A stretch of DNA of 64,000 bases, from assembly GCF_006345805.1 (NCBI RefSeq), contig NC_043009.1:31248001-31312000 (forward strand). Reading direction: 5' to 3'. Position 1 is the first letter of the stretch. Each line of letters opens with the position of its first letter. Both the position numbers and the translations under genes were made by a program. Positions 50,420 to 61,566 of this stretch are shown in pieces. The notes under the pieces were generated by a model. The model ran no database searches. It worked only from the letters and a program-made list of their open reading frames with translations, and was not told where the DNA came from. This DNA is from Octopus sinensis. Its lineage: Eukaryota.

Positions 50420-50520
50420 CAAGATTCCCTTCGGTTTATTGTCGTGGGTGTGCACACATATTTGATGGTAGTTGTGGTGATGTGCAAGTGCTCAGCTTAG
50501 AGGGAAAATTGTGGCGTTTG
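50420..50520 (+). CDS. Candidate internal exon (phase 1-0), unknown Cys-containing protein
   Basis: Acceptor TTTTCTGATTGTCCAG, donor TTG/GTAAGG. Only one frame is open: ARFPSVYCRGCAHIFDGSCGDVQVLSLEGKLWRL. Confidence 0.4.
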
Positions 50521-51861
50521 GTAAGGCTGAAAACTTTTCTGTACATTACTGCCAAGCTGGCACTTATAAAAGAAAATATACAAAAAGCTATCTGGAAACC
50601 AGTTTTGAAATTAGCAGGAAAATGCCTCAAGAAGCAGAATTTCTCAATATACAAGCAGAATTTTGACCAATATTTTATTGTTTTTATCAATTCATTGCCT
50701 TATTACACACAGACACACACACACAAACACACACAGGTGCACACACATGCATGCACGCACACACACACGCTACATAAATACAAATATTTTTCAGTATTAT
50801 TACTACCTTGATTGTGTAAAAGGCATGTGAAAAGTCCAAAGAATAAAGGTAGTGAATTCAAAAAAAAGAACCACTTTTTGCTGACAGAATATATTTGCTG
50901 ATAACATGATACTATTCAATGTTTTAATTTGGAAAAGAGATATTTAGAAATGTCACAACTGCCAAGTCTGTGGAATGTTCGTGATATATACTATGATCAT
51001 GAGCGTAGGTAGATTGGATGCTTGAAAACAGGAATATTCATCTTGAAACAGATGTAGGGCTTCTACATACCACATAACTAGTAACATGATAATATATACA
51101 AACAATATACACACATAAAAACGCAACCAGATACCCTCTATACATACATATACGTATGCATGCACACACACATACACATGTATACTGTAATCAATGTATA
51201 TTAATTTATATATTCAGTGAGAATACAAAAGATATATACATGTGTGTGTGTGTGTGTGTGTATGTGTGCATACATGCAAACTTTGACAAAAACGGGATCT
51301 GTAAAACCACAGATTCTTTTTTTTATAAAAAGATTAAAGCGTAAATAACTACAAACTTAGTTGGATTACAGAGATACCAGTTGCCTGGAGAGTCGGATAT
51401 TGAATCAACAATCATGAGATAAATGTAAAAGATATCTGCAAACAAATGTTTGTAATAGATATGTTTACATAAATATCTTTAGATTGCAAACTAAAGACAG
51501 AGCTTAAAGAATCCTAAAATCTTCTGTCTCTCTCTCTCTCTGTCTCTCTCTCTCTCTCAATATTTGGAATCTATAATTCCACCAACAGAATTATTTTCCA
51601 TTGAACTCAATGATGTAATAATTCAATAAATACTTATGGAAAGAAGGAAGGAAGGGAAACTATGTCCATGTATGTGATTGTAATGGAATAATATGAACAC
51701 ACACAGACATACACACACACACACATGTTTATATATACAAATATATATCGAAAGAGAGAGAGTGTGACATGGGTAGACATACTTACTAGCACATACACAT
51801 AAAATAATCTTACACACATACATAGATTAATATCTTCCATAACATAAAATTATATATATAC

Positions 51862-51906
<45 letters not shown>

Positions 51907-52289
51907 ATGTATATAGATATTACATATGCATTCTACTTTTCCCATAATCAAAAATATTTGGCCTCTCATCTCACAGACCCATGACAGAACATTTCTCTGA
52001 AATATTGGTTTTGTACTTGGTTTGTTCCATTACCATCAAACACTTTACTGTAGGGGTTGTGCTGCTTTGAAACTAAATCCTTCAATCATCCTTCATTTTA
52101 GCAGGGATTTTCACTTTCTGGGTGCTTTTCCTCCTGCTCATGTCATTTTGTTGCATGGACCTGGTGCTCTTTATTGCACCACAGTTACTGGGGTTCTTGT
52201 GTGCTGCAAAATTGAAGAATCACTTGTACCCATCATATATATATGTGTGTGTGTGCATATGTGTGTGGGTGCATGTATATATATATAGT

Positions 52290-52385
52290 TGGAATTTACA
52301 AAAAAAAACAAAAGACGAAGGCAGGTGTGTAAACAACAAACAGGTGTATTAGTCTAATGCTCAGAGAGAATTAAAAAAGCTTTAG
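52290..52385 (-). mobile_element. HH-A 3' fragment lacking the ribozyme core
   Basis: TTTACAAAAA..CAAAAGACGAAGGCAGGTGTGTAAACAACAAACAGGTGTATTAG is the reverse complement of ~2720-2790. Confidence 0.65.
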
Positions 52386-52403
52386 TGACTAGCGGTCGAT
52401 CAT

Positions 52404-53028
52404 ATGCACAGATAATACAAACACATACACACTCACACACCACTTATATATAGATATGTGTATATGATGTATACATGAGTAAATTAGATATACCTTTGTG
52501 AGTATGTATTCATATATGTGTGTTCGTGTGTGTGCAGGGTGTGTATATATATATATATATATTTTGTCCAACCCATGCTAGCATGGAAAGCGGACGTTAA
52601 ACGATGATGATGATGATGATGATGATGATATATACACATGCACAGATAATACACACACACACAAACTCACACACCATATATATATAAATATGTGTACATG
52701 TGCATACATGAGTAAATTATATATACCTTTGTGTGTATGTATTCATATATGTGTGTGGGTGTGTGTTTGTATGTGAGTGTGTGGGGTGTGGAGATTGGAG
52801 CCTGGTGCAGCCATCTGGTTTGCCAGTCCTCAGTCAAATCATCCATCCCATGCTAGCATGGAAAGTGGACGTTAAACGATGATGATAATGATGATGATGA
52901 TGATGATATATATGTATATATATATACACACTCACACACCACATATATATAGATATGTGAATATGCATACATGAGTAAATTATATATACCTTTGTGTGTA
53001 TCTATTCATATACATGTGTGTGTGTGCA
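52404..53028 (+). repeat. Three copies of a ~110-150 bp segment separated by two family C tails
   Basis: CATGAGTAAATTA(G/T)ATATACCTTTGTG..TAT..ATTCATATA recurs at ~52474, ~52707 and ~52970. Tails at 52564-52629 and 52791-52906. Confidence 0.85.
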
Positions 53029-53404
53029 TGTAATATTGCATGTCAGATCAGAAGAATACACTGGATTAACATTGCTATAATTTACATTGCATGATTGAGT
53101 GGAAGAAAAAAATAAGATTACCATTTCTTTTCCTTATCATCTATTTCATATTTTTATCTATTTCATGTTTTTAATGTTACATATTTGAATATCAGTACCT
53201 GAGCAATCTCATAAAATGCCCATAATTGCTTGTTGCTGCACCCATAATCCACCCCTGCCACCCTAGTTTGACAAGAAATTGTTCTAATATTTTGGTGACA
53301 GCAATAACCTACATTACTCTTACTGTCACAATTTGGGCAACTTTAGCAGCATTATGGAAAGATGTGTCTTCCATGTGGGGATGAATCCAACATGGCTGGC
53401 CCTT

Positions 53405-53780
53405 TGAATTACAGGTCATCATTATCATTATCGTCATTTGGGTTCCATTTTCCATGCTGGTGTGTGTTAGGCCAGGGGTCTCCAAACTTTTTAGACCATC
53501 GACCCCCTTCATGGAATCCTTGACCCCCTCATCGATCCCACCAGGTATGTACAAGAAAATTAATAAATAATGATAATAATTTAGATGTTCAGTTTCAGGC
53601 ATTTTCTGATCCCTTGAATAGTCTCATCAACCCCCAGGGGTCGATATCGACCACTTTGGAGACCCTTGTGTTAGACTTTTTACCTGAAACTGGTAAGCTA
53701 GGGATCTGTGTCAGGCTCTAGTCTGTTTTGTCTTGGTTCTTATAGCTGGATATCCTTCCTAATGCCAACCATTCAACAGA
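53405..53780 (-). mobile_element. Family C retroposon end, split by a hAT MITE
   Basis: CCATTTTCCATGCTGG (left) continues after the MITE as ..AGGCTCTAGTCTG..CTGGATATCCTTCCTAATGCCAACCA. Confidence 0.7.
53473..53668. mobile_element. hAT-superfamily MITE with 8-bp TSD
   Basis: TIRs CAGGGGTCTCCAAACT / ACTTTGGAGACCCTTG. TSD TGTTAGGC (53465-72) / TGTTAGAC (53669-76). Confidence 0.9.
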
Positions 53781-53794
53781 GGTACTACTCGTTT

Positions 53795-53920
53795 TTACCA
53801 GCTGGGTAGACTGGAGCAATGTGAAATTAAGTGTCTTGCTCAAGAACACAACATATTGGCAAAGACTCTACGCATGATCTTGAGCCAAATGCTCTAACCA
53901 TCAAGACATATGCCTTCACC
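53795..53920 (-). mobile_element. SINE-D fragment
   Basis: CAGCTGGGTAGACTGGAGCAATGTGAAATTAAGTGTCTTGCTCAAGAACAC, matching 50010-50060. Confidence 0.75.
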
Positions 53921-54444
53921 CTGAATATCCTTAGCATCTTTCTGAAGAGATATGGGTCACCTACCATGGTGACTTATCAAGGATAGCTCTAGTGCCATGA
54001 AGACATACCTTCCTCAAGAGACAAGACAATGGTTTGTCACAAACTGTGGTTGTTCTGTGGTAATTTGTCCTAAATGCAGTGGGTATGGCTTCACAGCTTG
54101 AGAGAGGTGAATCATCTCAGAAGTTGGAAAATTGATCAAAAAACAATTCACAAAAATAACTGTGCTCTACTTGCAGGGTGACATTGGTTTAACAGTGAAA
54201 GCAACCCATTTTGGTAGGTAATTACTCTGAGAAACCCTAACAAAGTGCACAGCCAGCATTTTACTCCTGGCAAACTCTTTAGTGCTTATCATATGATAAA
54301 ATCCACTCAGGTTGGTGACCGCAGCAATATTTACAAAATAAAATTGCTAAAACTCAAAACAGTCACAAAGTCAGTGAAAAAACCCACAGCATGATTAGAG
54401 GATTATGATTGCACAGGACTGGGATATGTATGTATGTATATACA

Positions 54445-54605
54445 TATATCATCATCATCATCATTGTTTAATATCTGCCCTTCTATGCTGGCATGGGTTG
54501 GACGGCTTGACAGGAGCTGGCCAAGCAGAAGACTGCACCAGATACCTGTGTTTGTTTTGCCATGGTTTTTACAGCTGGATGCTCTTCCTACCACCAACCA
54601 CCCAG
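54445..54605 (-). mobile_element. Family C retroposon end
   Basis: (CAT)n..CTATGCTGGCATGGGTTGGACGG...CAGCTGGATGCTCTTCCTA. Confidence 0.8.
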
Positions 54606-54629
54606 CAGCATAGACTATATATATATATC

Positions 54630-55095
54630 GGGGTGCAAAGAGCACCATACAAGTGTGATCGTTGACAGAGCGGCTATTCGAGTATGATCGTTACCAGTGG
54701 CACCTTACTGGCAGTTGTGCCTGTGCTAGTAGGATGCCAAGAGCACCATCCGAGCGTGATCGTTGCCAGAGCAGCCAACTGGCTTCCTTTGCCGTGGCAC
54801 GCAAAAGGGCACCATTCAAGCGTGATCGTTACCAACGTCGCTTCACTGGCACCTGTGAAAAGATTTGAGCGAGGTCGTTGCCAGTGCTGCCTGACTGGCC
54901 CCCATGCCGGTGGCATGTAAAAAGCACCCACTACACTCCTGGAGTGGTTGGCATTAGGAAGGGCATCCAGCTGTAGAAACTCTGCCAGATCAAGATTGGA
55001 GCCTGGTGCAGCCATCTGGCTCACCAGCCCTTAGTCAAAATCATCCAACCCATGCTAGCATGGAAAGCAGACATTAAACGATGATGATGAGGATG
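54630..55095 (+). mobile_element. Family C, longest and least decayed copy, with internal repeat array
   Basis: CpG-rich. Five GAGCGTGATCGTT(A/G)CCAG-like motifs, then the shared 3' tail ..CCCATGCTAGCATGGAAAGCAGACATTAAACGATGATG. Confidence 0.88.
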
Positions 55096-55439
55096 ATGCA
55101 CACATATATATAAGCATGCATATGCATATATATATGTGATTGTGTACGCATGTGGATATGTATACATAGATGTACAGTTGTAGGGTGGAAGACATATCAG
55201 GCATTCAAAAACACGCAAAAACGGTTAAGTTTACTTAAAAATTTATTTTTTTTAGTTATTTGGTGTAAAACTTTTCATCACGTGAAATGTGTTTTGGTTT
55301 CTTAAGTTTAAGTGAAATTAACAGATTTTTGAGTGGTTTTGAGAGGCTAACGCGAGTCTTCCATGCTGTAAGTATTTGTTTCAACATGCACTCTCAGATC
55401 GAATCACTTGCCTAGCAAATAAACCCTCACACACACACA

Positions 55440-56200
55440 CATATAGAAAGAGAATGCACACACATATGCATACAAACATGCACACACACAAATGCACACA
55501 TATATACACACACACATATATATAGAGAGAATGCATATAAACATGCACACACACATATATGGAGAGAATGAACACATGCATACAAACATGCACACATACA
55601 CACACATATAGAGAGAGAATGCACACACACATGCATACAAACATGCACACACACAAATGCACACATATATACACACACACATATATATAGAGAGAATGCA
55701 TATAAACATGCACACACACATATATGGAGAGAATGAACACATGCATACAAACATGCACACATACACACACATATAGAGAGAGAATGCACACACACATGCA
55801 TACAAACATGCACACACACAAATGCACACATATATACACACACACATATATAGAGAGAGAGAATGCATATAAACATGCACACACACATATATGGAGAGAA
55901 TGAACACATGCATACAAACATGCACACATACACACACATATAGGGAGAGAATGCACACACACATGCATACAAACATGCACACACACAAATGCACACATAT
56001 ATACACACACACACATATATATAGAGAGAGAATGCATATAAACATGCACACACACATATATGGAGAGAATGAACACATGCATACAAACATGCACACATAC
56101 ACACACATATAGAGAGAGAATGCACACACACATGCATACAAACATGCACACACACACACAAACACACATATAGAGAAAGAGAATGCACACACATGCATAC
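55440..56200. repeat. ~165-bp higher-order tandem repeat, ~4.5 copies
   Basis: Marker CACAAATGCACACATATATAC recurs at 55491, 55656, 55821 and 55988 (AATGC start). Each unit has three GAGAGAATG subunits. Confidence 0.92.
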
Positions 56201-56859
56201 AAACCTGTACACATACACACACACACACACAGAGAAATACATATACATGCATACAAATACGCACACACATACATATATACAGAGAGAAAGAAATGCATAC
56301 ACATGCATACAAATACACACATACATACACACACATAGATATGCTACATTATACTGCTGTATGCATGTTATAAGATAAGGATTTACTTTGAAGTTTGATG
56401 AAAAAAATGGATACATTTCTAAACAAGAGAAATAATGTAAAATTTCCAAATAATTCTTTCTGAGAATAAATTAATATAAACAGTTGTTAAATCAATCAGA
56501 AAGCCAGTGTATGTTTCCATCAGGTGATTATCAGATATGTTATAAGTATATAACATGTATAAATAATTATTTTTGCAATAAAGTACATGTAAATATTTGT
56601 TAAAACTATTAGAAAGTTAATAGATCTAATAACTATAAAATTTCATTGAGTTACCACCACACATGGGATATGGTTGTTTATACTACAATGGGAACTAACA
56701 GATTCAATAACTATAAATAGAAATTGAGTGTGTGTTTGCATACAAATACATACTGGCATAAATATATATGTGTGTATACACATACATACAGACATATATA
56801 TATATATATATATATATACAAATATATATAAGAAATAGAGAATATTCTTTTCTATTTTA

Positions 56860-56942
56860 GGCACAAGACCCGATATTTTTGGGGAGAGGGCTAGTCGATT
56901 AGATTGACTCCAGTACACATACTAGTACTTAATTTATTGACC
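56860..56942 (-). mobile_element. SINE-A 3' fragment
   Basis: GGCACAAGACCCG...GTCGATTAGATTGAC...TACTTAATTTATTGACC. Confidence 0.7.
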
Positions 56943-56978
56943 GTAATATATGTGTGTGTGTGTGTGTTCGCACATGCT

Positions 56979-57255
56979 GACCAAAACCTTGTGAGTAGAT
57001 TTGGTAGGCAGAAACTGAAAGAAGCCCATCATATATATGTATATGTTTGTGTGTCTGTGTTTGTCCTTCCGCCGTCACTTGACAACTGATGTTGATGTGT
57101 TTACATCCTCATAACTTAGCAGTTCAGCAAAAAAGACCAACAGAATAAGTACCAGGCTTACAAAGAATAAGTTCTGAAGTCGATTTGTTTTGACTAAAGG
57201 TGGTGCTCCAGCCTGGCCACAGACAAATGACTGAAACAAGTAAAACAATAAAGGA
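56979..57255 (+). mobile_element. SINE-B, 5'-truncated
   Basis: AAACTGAAAGAAGCCC(AT)n...CTTAGCAGTTCAGCAAAA...GCTCCAGCCTGGCC...GAAACAAGTAAAA. Confidence 0.85.
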
Positions 57256-57279
57256 ATATATCATGCATGTATATAGATA

Positions 57280-57420
57280 GCTGTTGGTGATATTTCTCCT
57301 CTTGACTTTTCCGTTTTTCTTTCTGATGAAGAGCTATGCTCGAAACGTCAAAAACATTCCATGTGTACGTCCTCTTGTTTTGTTATTGTTATTTTTAATG
57401 TTCGATTATTCAATTCGACT
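57280..57420 (+). mobile_element. HH-A element
   Basis: TGGTGATATTTCTCC...hammerhead...CATGTGTACGTCCTC, similar to 16285-16440. Confidence 0.7.
57313..57355 (+). ncRNA. Minimal hammerhead ribozyme, intact core, GUC site
   Basis: CTGATGA (57323-29)-A-GAGC-TAT-GCTC-GAAAC-GTC (57347-49). Zero-loop palindromic stem III ACGT. Weak U-A stem I. Confidence 0.65.
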
Positions 57421-57467
57421 ATATAAATAGACATATTAGTTGATAGATATACAATGGGCGTCTACTC

Positions 57468-57612
57468 AGTTCCTGTCTACCATAGCTATTCACAAGGTAT
57501 TGGTCAGCCCATAGCTACATTTGAATGAACTTGCTCAACTTGCTGTGCAGTGGGATTGAACCCAAAAGCCACATGGTTGCAAAGCAACCATCTGAACCAC
57601 ACAACCACACCT
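57468..57612 (-). mobile_element. SINE-B head, degenerate
   Basis: GCAGTGGGATTGAACCC...CCACATGGTTG...ACCACACAACCAC. Confidence 0.7.
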
Positions 57613-57784
57613 GTGTATGTTTGTCCTCATGAAGTCTGAAACTGACATTGAAGGGTCAGATTGTTACATTGGGCAATTAATTAGTTGTAGCCAAAAGAGT
57701 CGTTATTCAAAAGGCGGAGGTAAAGAATGGAGATAACACAATGAAATAACGATAAATACAATGATTATAAAGAAATAAACTGAC

Positions 57785-57858
57785 CAGGAAGAAATTTGCT
57801 ATAACGGCGCTTACTATTGGAATTATCACTCCAATGATAAATATTTTCTGGGAGAATG
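57785..57858 (-). CDS. Candidate exon encoding a transmembrane helix
   Basis: Strong acceptor TTTCGTTTCAATCCGTTAACTTCCTGTCCAG. Reads (x)FSQKIFIIGVIIPIVSAVIANFFL. Donor GTCAGT, with an alternative GTAAGC after IIPI. Confidence 0.4.
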
Positions 57859-58184
57859 CTGGACAGGAAGTTAACGGATTGAAACGAAACAGTGGCAATT
57901 ATCTTGTCTTTGAGTATTCTTCAAGAGTATTCATCTTTATTACAGCCATGACCACCACCACCACCATTGTAGTCATTGTTGCTGTCAACATCGTCATCAT
58001 CAGCACCACTATCATCATAAACAATATCATCATCATTATCAACATTATCACTATCTACAATGAAGATGCCTCTACATGGTACATAGATTCGCTTGAGACA
58101 GAGTCCATAACACATCTCTCATAAAATTTTCAAGAATACATGAGAAAACACTTGGAATAATGTGTTGTTGTCTTTCGGGATTGC

Positions 58185-58370
58185 GGAATGGCTGACATGC
58201 TAAAACCTTAAGTAAATGATTTTCAGTACTTGTTTCATCTCTTTACATTCTGGGTTGAAATTCTGCTGAAATCAACTTTGATTTTTCATCTTTCTGAGGT
58301 CAGTAAGTTATAATAAAATATGAAAAAATTCCCATGAAATACTTGGATCAATGTATTGATTACACTTCTC
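58185..58370 (+). mobile_element. SINE-A, degenerate
   Basis: GGGTTGAAATTCTGCTGAAATCAACTTTG...TTTCTGAGGTC. Confidence 0.6.
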
Positions 58371-58889
58371 CCTTATTGAGAGCTTTATCATAACGAAAAG
58401 GAACAAAATATCTATACTGTTATCAATATATGCTACCGGTTTCAATCAATTTAAAAGACAATTTAGTCATGGGGAAATATTAGGGAAAATAAATCGAAAT
58501 AAATTGAATAAAATTAATCTTTCATGATATCATTTCTGAAACTTCACATGGTTTTCTTACAAAAGACCAACTAGTGCTGGTGTTTTCCTTCCCTCTGATG
58601 GCGGGTGGCTTATAGTAGTGGTTTATAGCAGTCAATGACAGTTGATCTCTGTACTTAAAGAGCAACTATTAGTAGCAGCTGCAGTTGTAGAGGCTATAGT
58701 AGTCGTAGTAGAGAGCTTATCAGTCCCCATAGTAGAAGTAGCAGGAGCAGCTTTAGCCATTGTTGTGGTATCAGAGGGAGTTGTGGTTCTGCAGCAGTAG
58801 TAGCAGGAGTACAAGGAGGAGTTGATGCTGTTGTGGTAGTGGCAGCAGCAGTCTTCTAAAGGAAAGTATGCAAAGGGCTTTAATAGAAG

Positions 58890-58965
58890 AGACTATCCCA
58901 AAGGGCTATGTGGTGTGACTGAACTCAGAACCTTAGCAGTGGGAAGAAAACATCTTAACCATATG
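58890..58965 (-). mobile_element. SINE-B-like head fragment
   Basis: GACTGAACTCAGAACC...CATCTTAACCAT. Confidence 0.5.
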
Positions 58966-59043
58966 TCCATGCATTCATACACACACAAATGCATGTATAT
59001 ATGTAGGTACGTATGTATATATACATGTGTATATATATATATT

Positions 59044-59448
59044 CTCTTTTTCTTTTTACTTGTTTCAGTCATTTGACTGCGGCCATGCTGGAGCACCACC
59101 TTTAATCGAGCAACTCGACCCCGGGATTTATTCTTTGTAAGCTCAGTACTTATTCTATCGCTCTCTTTTGCTGAACCGCTAAGTGATGGGGACATAAACA
59201 CACCAGCATCGGTTGTCAAGCAATGCTAGGGGGACAAACGCAGACACACAAATACACATGCATATATATATATATATACATATATACGACAGGCTTCTTT
59301 CAGTTTCCGTCTACCAGATCCACTCACAAGGCTTTGGTCGGCCCGAGGCTATAGTAGAAGACACTTGCCCAGGTGCCACACAGTGGGACTGAACCCAGAA
59401 CCATGTGGTTGGTAAACAAGCTACTTACCACACAGCCACTCCTGCGCC
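59044..59448 (-). mobile_element. SINE-B, full length, low divergence (reference copy)
   Basis: Reverse complement GGCGCAGGAGTGGCTGTGTGG (A-box)...GGTTCAGTCCC (B-box), internal (TA)n, CpGs retained, tail GAAACAAGTAAAAAG. Established: tRNA-derived SINEs (OK, OR1, OR2) are known from octopus; assignment to one of them was not made. Confidence 0.93.
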
Positions 59449-59449
59449 T

Positions 59450-59459
59450 ATATATATAT

Positions 59460-59505
<46 letters not shown>

Positions 59506-59590
59506 CATATATATATACATATATATATACATATATATATATATAAATATATATATCAATGTGTGTGTGTGTATGTACACATACATAAAT
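59450..59590. repeat. (TA)n array
   Basis: Directly visible. Confidence 0.95.
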
Positions 59591-59959
59591 CATTCTATGA
59601 CTAATATGTCTTCATTGTGTGTACATTTTGCTACATCCATTTCAAGGTATTGAACGGACAAAGTGATTTCCATACACATAATGCTTATTGCCAGTACGAA
59701 TCAATAAATTTGATTTCTAACCAAAGCTATAAATTAATGGAGCTAAATAGAGTTATAGATAGATATATATGTTTGATTTAACCTCCAAGTGGATTTAGCA
59801 ATACAAATCTTGCGTTAATCAATAACCTTTTTGAATAACAGAATCTACAAGTTTCTATAGACTTGTTTTGTTGTGGTTGTTGTTGTTGTTTTTGTACATA
59901 ATGATATGTGTGTGTTTTTCTTTTTTTTTTAATTCTACATTTATAGCAAATATCATATC

Positions 59960-60071
59960 ATAAATATGTGTGTATATCAGTATATGTGAGTGTGCATGTA
60001 TGTATGTTTATATGTATGTATGTATGGTCTCTCTCTCACTCTCTCTTTATATATATATATATAAATATATA

Positions 60072-60130
<59 letters not shown>

Positions 60131-60148
60131 GTATGTATATAACATATA

Positions 60149-60179
<31 letters not shown>

Positions 60180-60580
60180 TATGTATATATATATATACAT
60201 ATGTATGTATGTATACATATATATACATATATGTATGTGTGTGTCTATAAATATATATATGTGTGTGTGTGTAGATAGATAAATATAGATATAGGTGTAC
60301 AAATATAGATATAATTATATATAATGCATATGTATATTGTATGTATATATATATATATATACATTTATGTTTATGTGTGTGAATATACATATACACACAC
60401 ATACATGCACACATGTACATATATAGGTGCCAGTATGTATGTATACATATGTGTATGAATGTAGTTATATACAAGAATTATATAAATATGATTATGCCGA
60501 TATATATGTATGCATATGTGTATATATAAATATATATGTGTGTGTGTGCGTATGTGTGTAACTGTGTATATGTATTTGTG
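59960..60580. repeat. Long compound (TA)/(TG) array
   Basis: Directly visible. Confidence 0.9.
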
Positions 60581-61004
60581 GGGGTGTGTAATAATGTGTT
60601 CTGCTGCAACCAATGTAAGAAGTTTCACATGAAAGCTAAAAAAACTGTGGCCATTTCCTGTTTCGAGATGAATTAATATTTATGTAATTTCAGATTAATT
60701 CATCTAATACACACATAAACATTATGAGTGTGTATGTAATTATATGACTATATATACGAACATGTGTGTGCGCATCAAGAATGTGTGTGTTTACATATAT
60801 CTATATAAATTTATCTATATCTCTCTCCCTCAATCTATCTATCTATTGATATGTGTCTCTGTGTGTGTGTTTGTGTGTATGTAAGTTCATGTATACACAC
60901 ACACACACATATATATTTAAATGCATGTGTGTGTATGTAAGTTTACACATGTGTGTGTATGTGTGTGAGTGTGTATGTATGCACCTATATTATATATGTG
61001 TAAG

Positions 61005-61140
61005 CATATTGGCTTTGTGGTTTGGGTATTGGTTTCATGATCCTTAGGTTGTGGGTTCAATTCACCAGGTGGCCAATGTTTTTGTCGTTGATCATGACTC
61101 TTCCGTTCATATTCTGTGTCCACTCAGCAGAAGACGGACT
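61005..61140 (+). mobile_element. SINE-D-like fragment
   Basis: GGTTGTGGGTTCAATTC B-box and GTCCACTCAGC body motif. Confidence 0.5.
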
Positions 61141-61282
61141 ACAGTAACAGCTGTGTATATGTGTTTGCGCATATGTGTATATGCGTGTGATTGTATGTGT
61201 GTACCTGTGTGTGTGCCTGTATGTGTGTGTGTGTGTGTGCCTGTACGTGTGTGTGTGCATCAGTGTACATAGATAAAGGTAT

Positions 61283-61355
61283 AGCCAAGGAGTTAAGCAG
61301 TTTGTTTCACAACCATGAGGTTTCTGGTTTAATTCCACTAGAGGCCATCTTTGCT
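61283..61355 (+). mobile_element. SINE head fragment
   Basis: GGAGTTAAGCAGTTTGTTTCACAACCATGAGGTTTCTGGTTTAATTCCAC. Confidence 0.55.
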
Positions 61356-61371
61356 CAGATAAAGGATTTAT

Positions 61372-61566
61372 CATCATCATCATCATCATCATCGTTTAAC
61401 GTCCATTCTCCATACTAGCATGGGTTGGATGGTTCGACCGGGGATCTGGGAAGCCAGAAGGCTGCACCAAGCTCCAGTCTGATCTGGCAGTGTTTCTACA
61501 TCTTGATGCTCTTCCTAACGCCAACCACTCCGTGAGTGTAGTGGGTGCTTTTTACATGCCACCAGC
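61372..61566 (-). mobile_element. Family C retroposon end, well preserved
   Basis: (CAT)nCGTTTAACGTCC...GCATGGGTTGG...CTTCCTAACGCCAACCACTCC...GGGTGCTTTTTAC. Confidence 0.88.

Noticed and set aside
50950-51060. MADF-like string QLPSLWNVRDIYYDHER
   Set aside because: Too short, followed by stops, and no consistent splice frame.
54177-54213. 37-nt plus micro-exon candidate GDIGLTVKATHF, phase-compatible with 50520
   Set aside because: Good splice signals, but such short open segments are common by chance and it adds no recognisable motif.
55381-56449. Three 310-340 aa ORFs (CVCM-rich), the longest in the track
   Set aside because: They are translations of the 165-bp CA/TA tandem repeat, are open in all three minus frames and have no protein-like composition.
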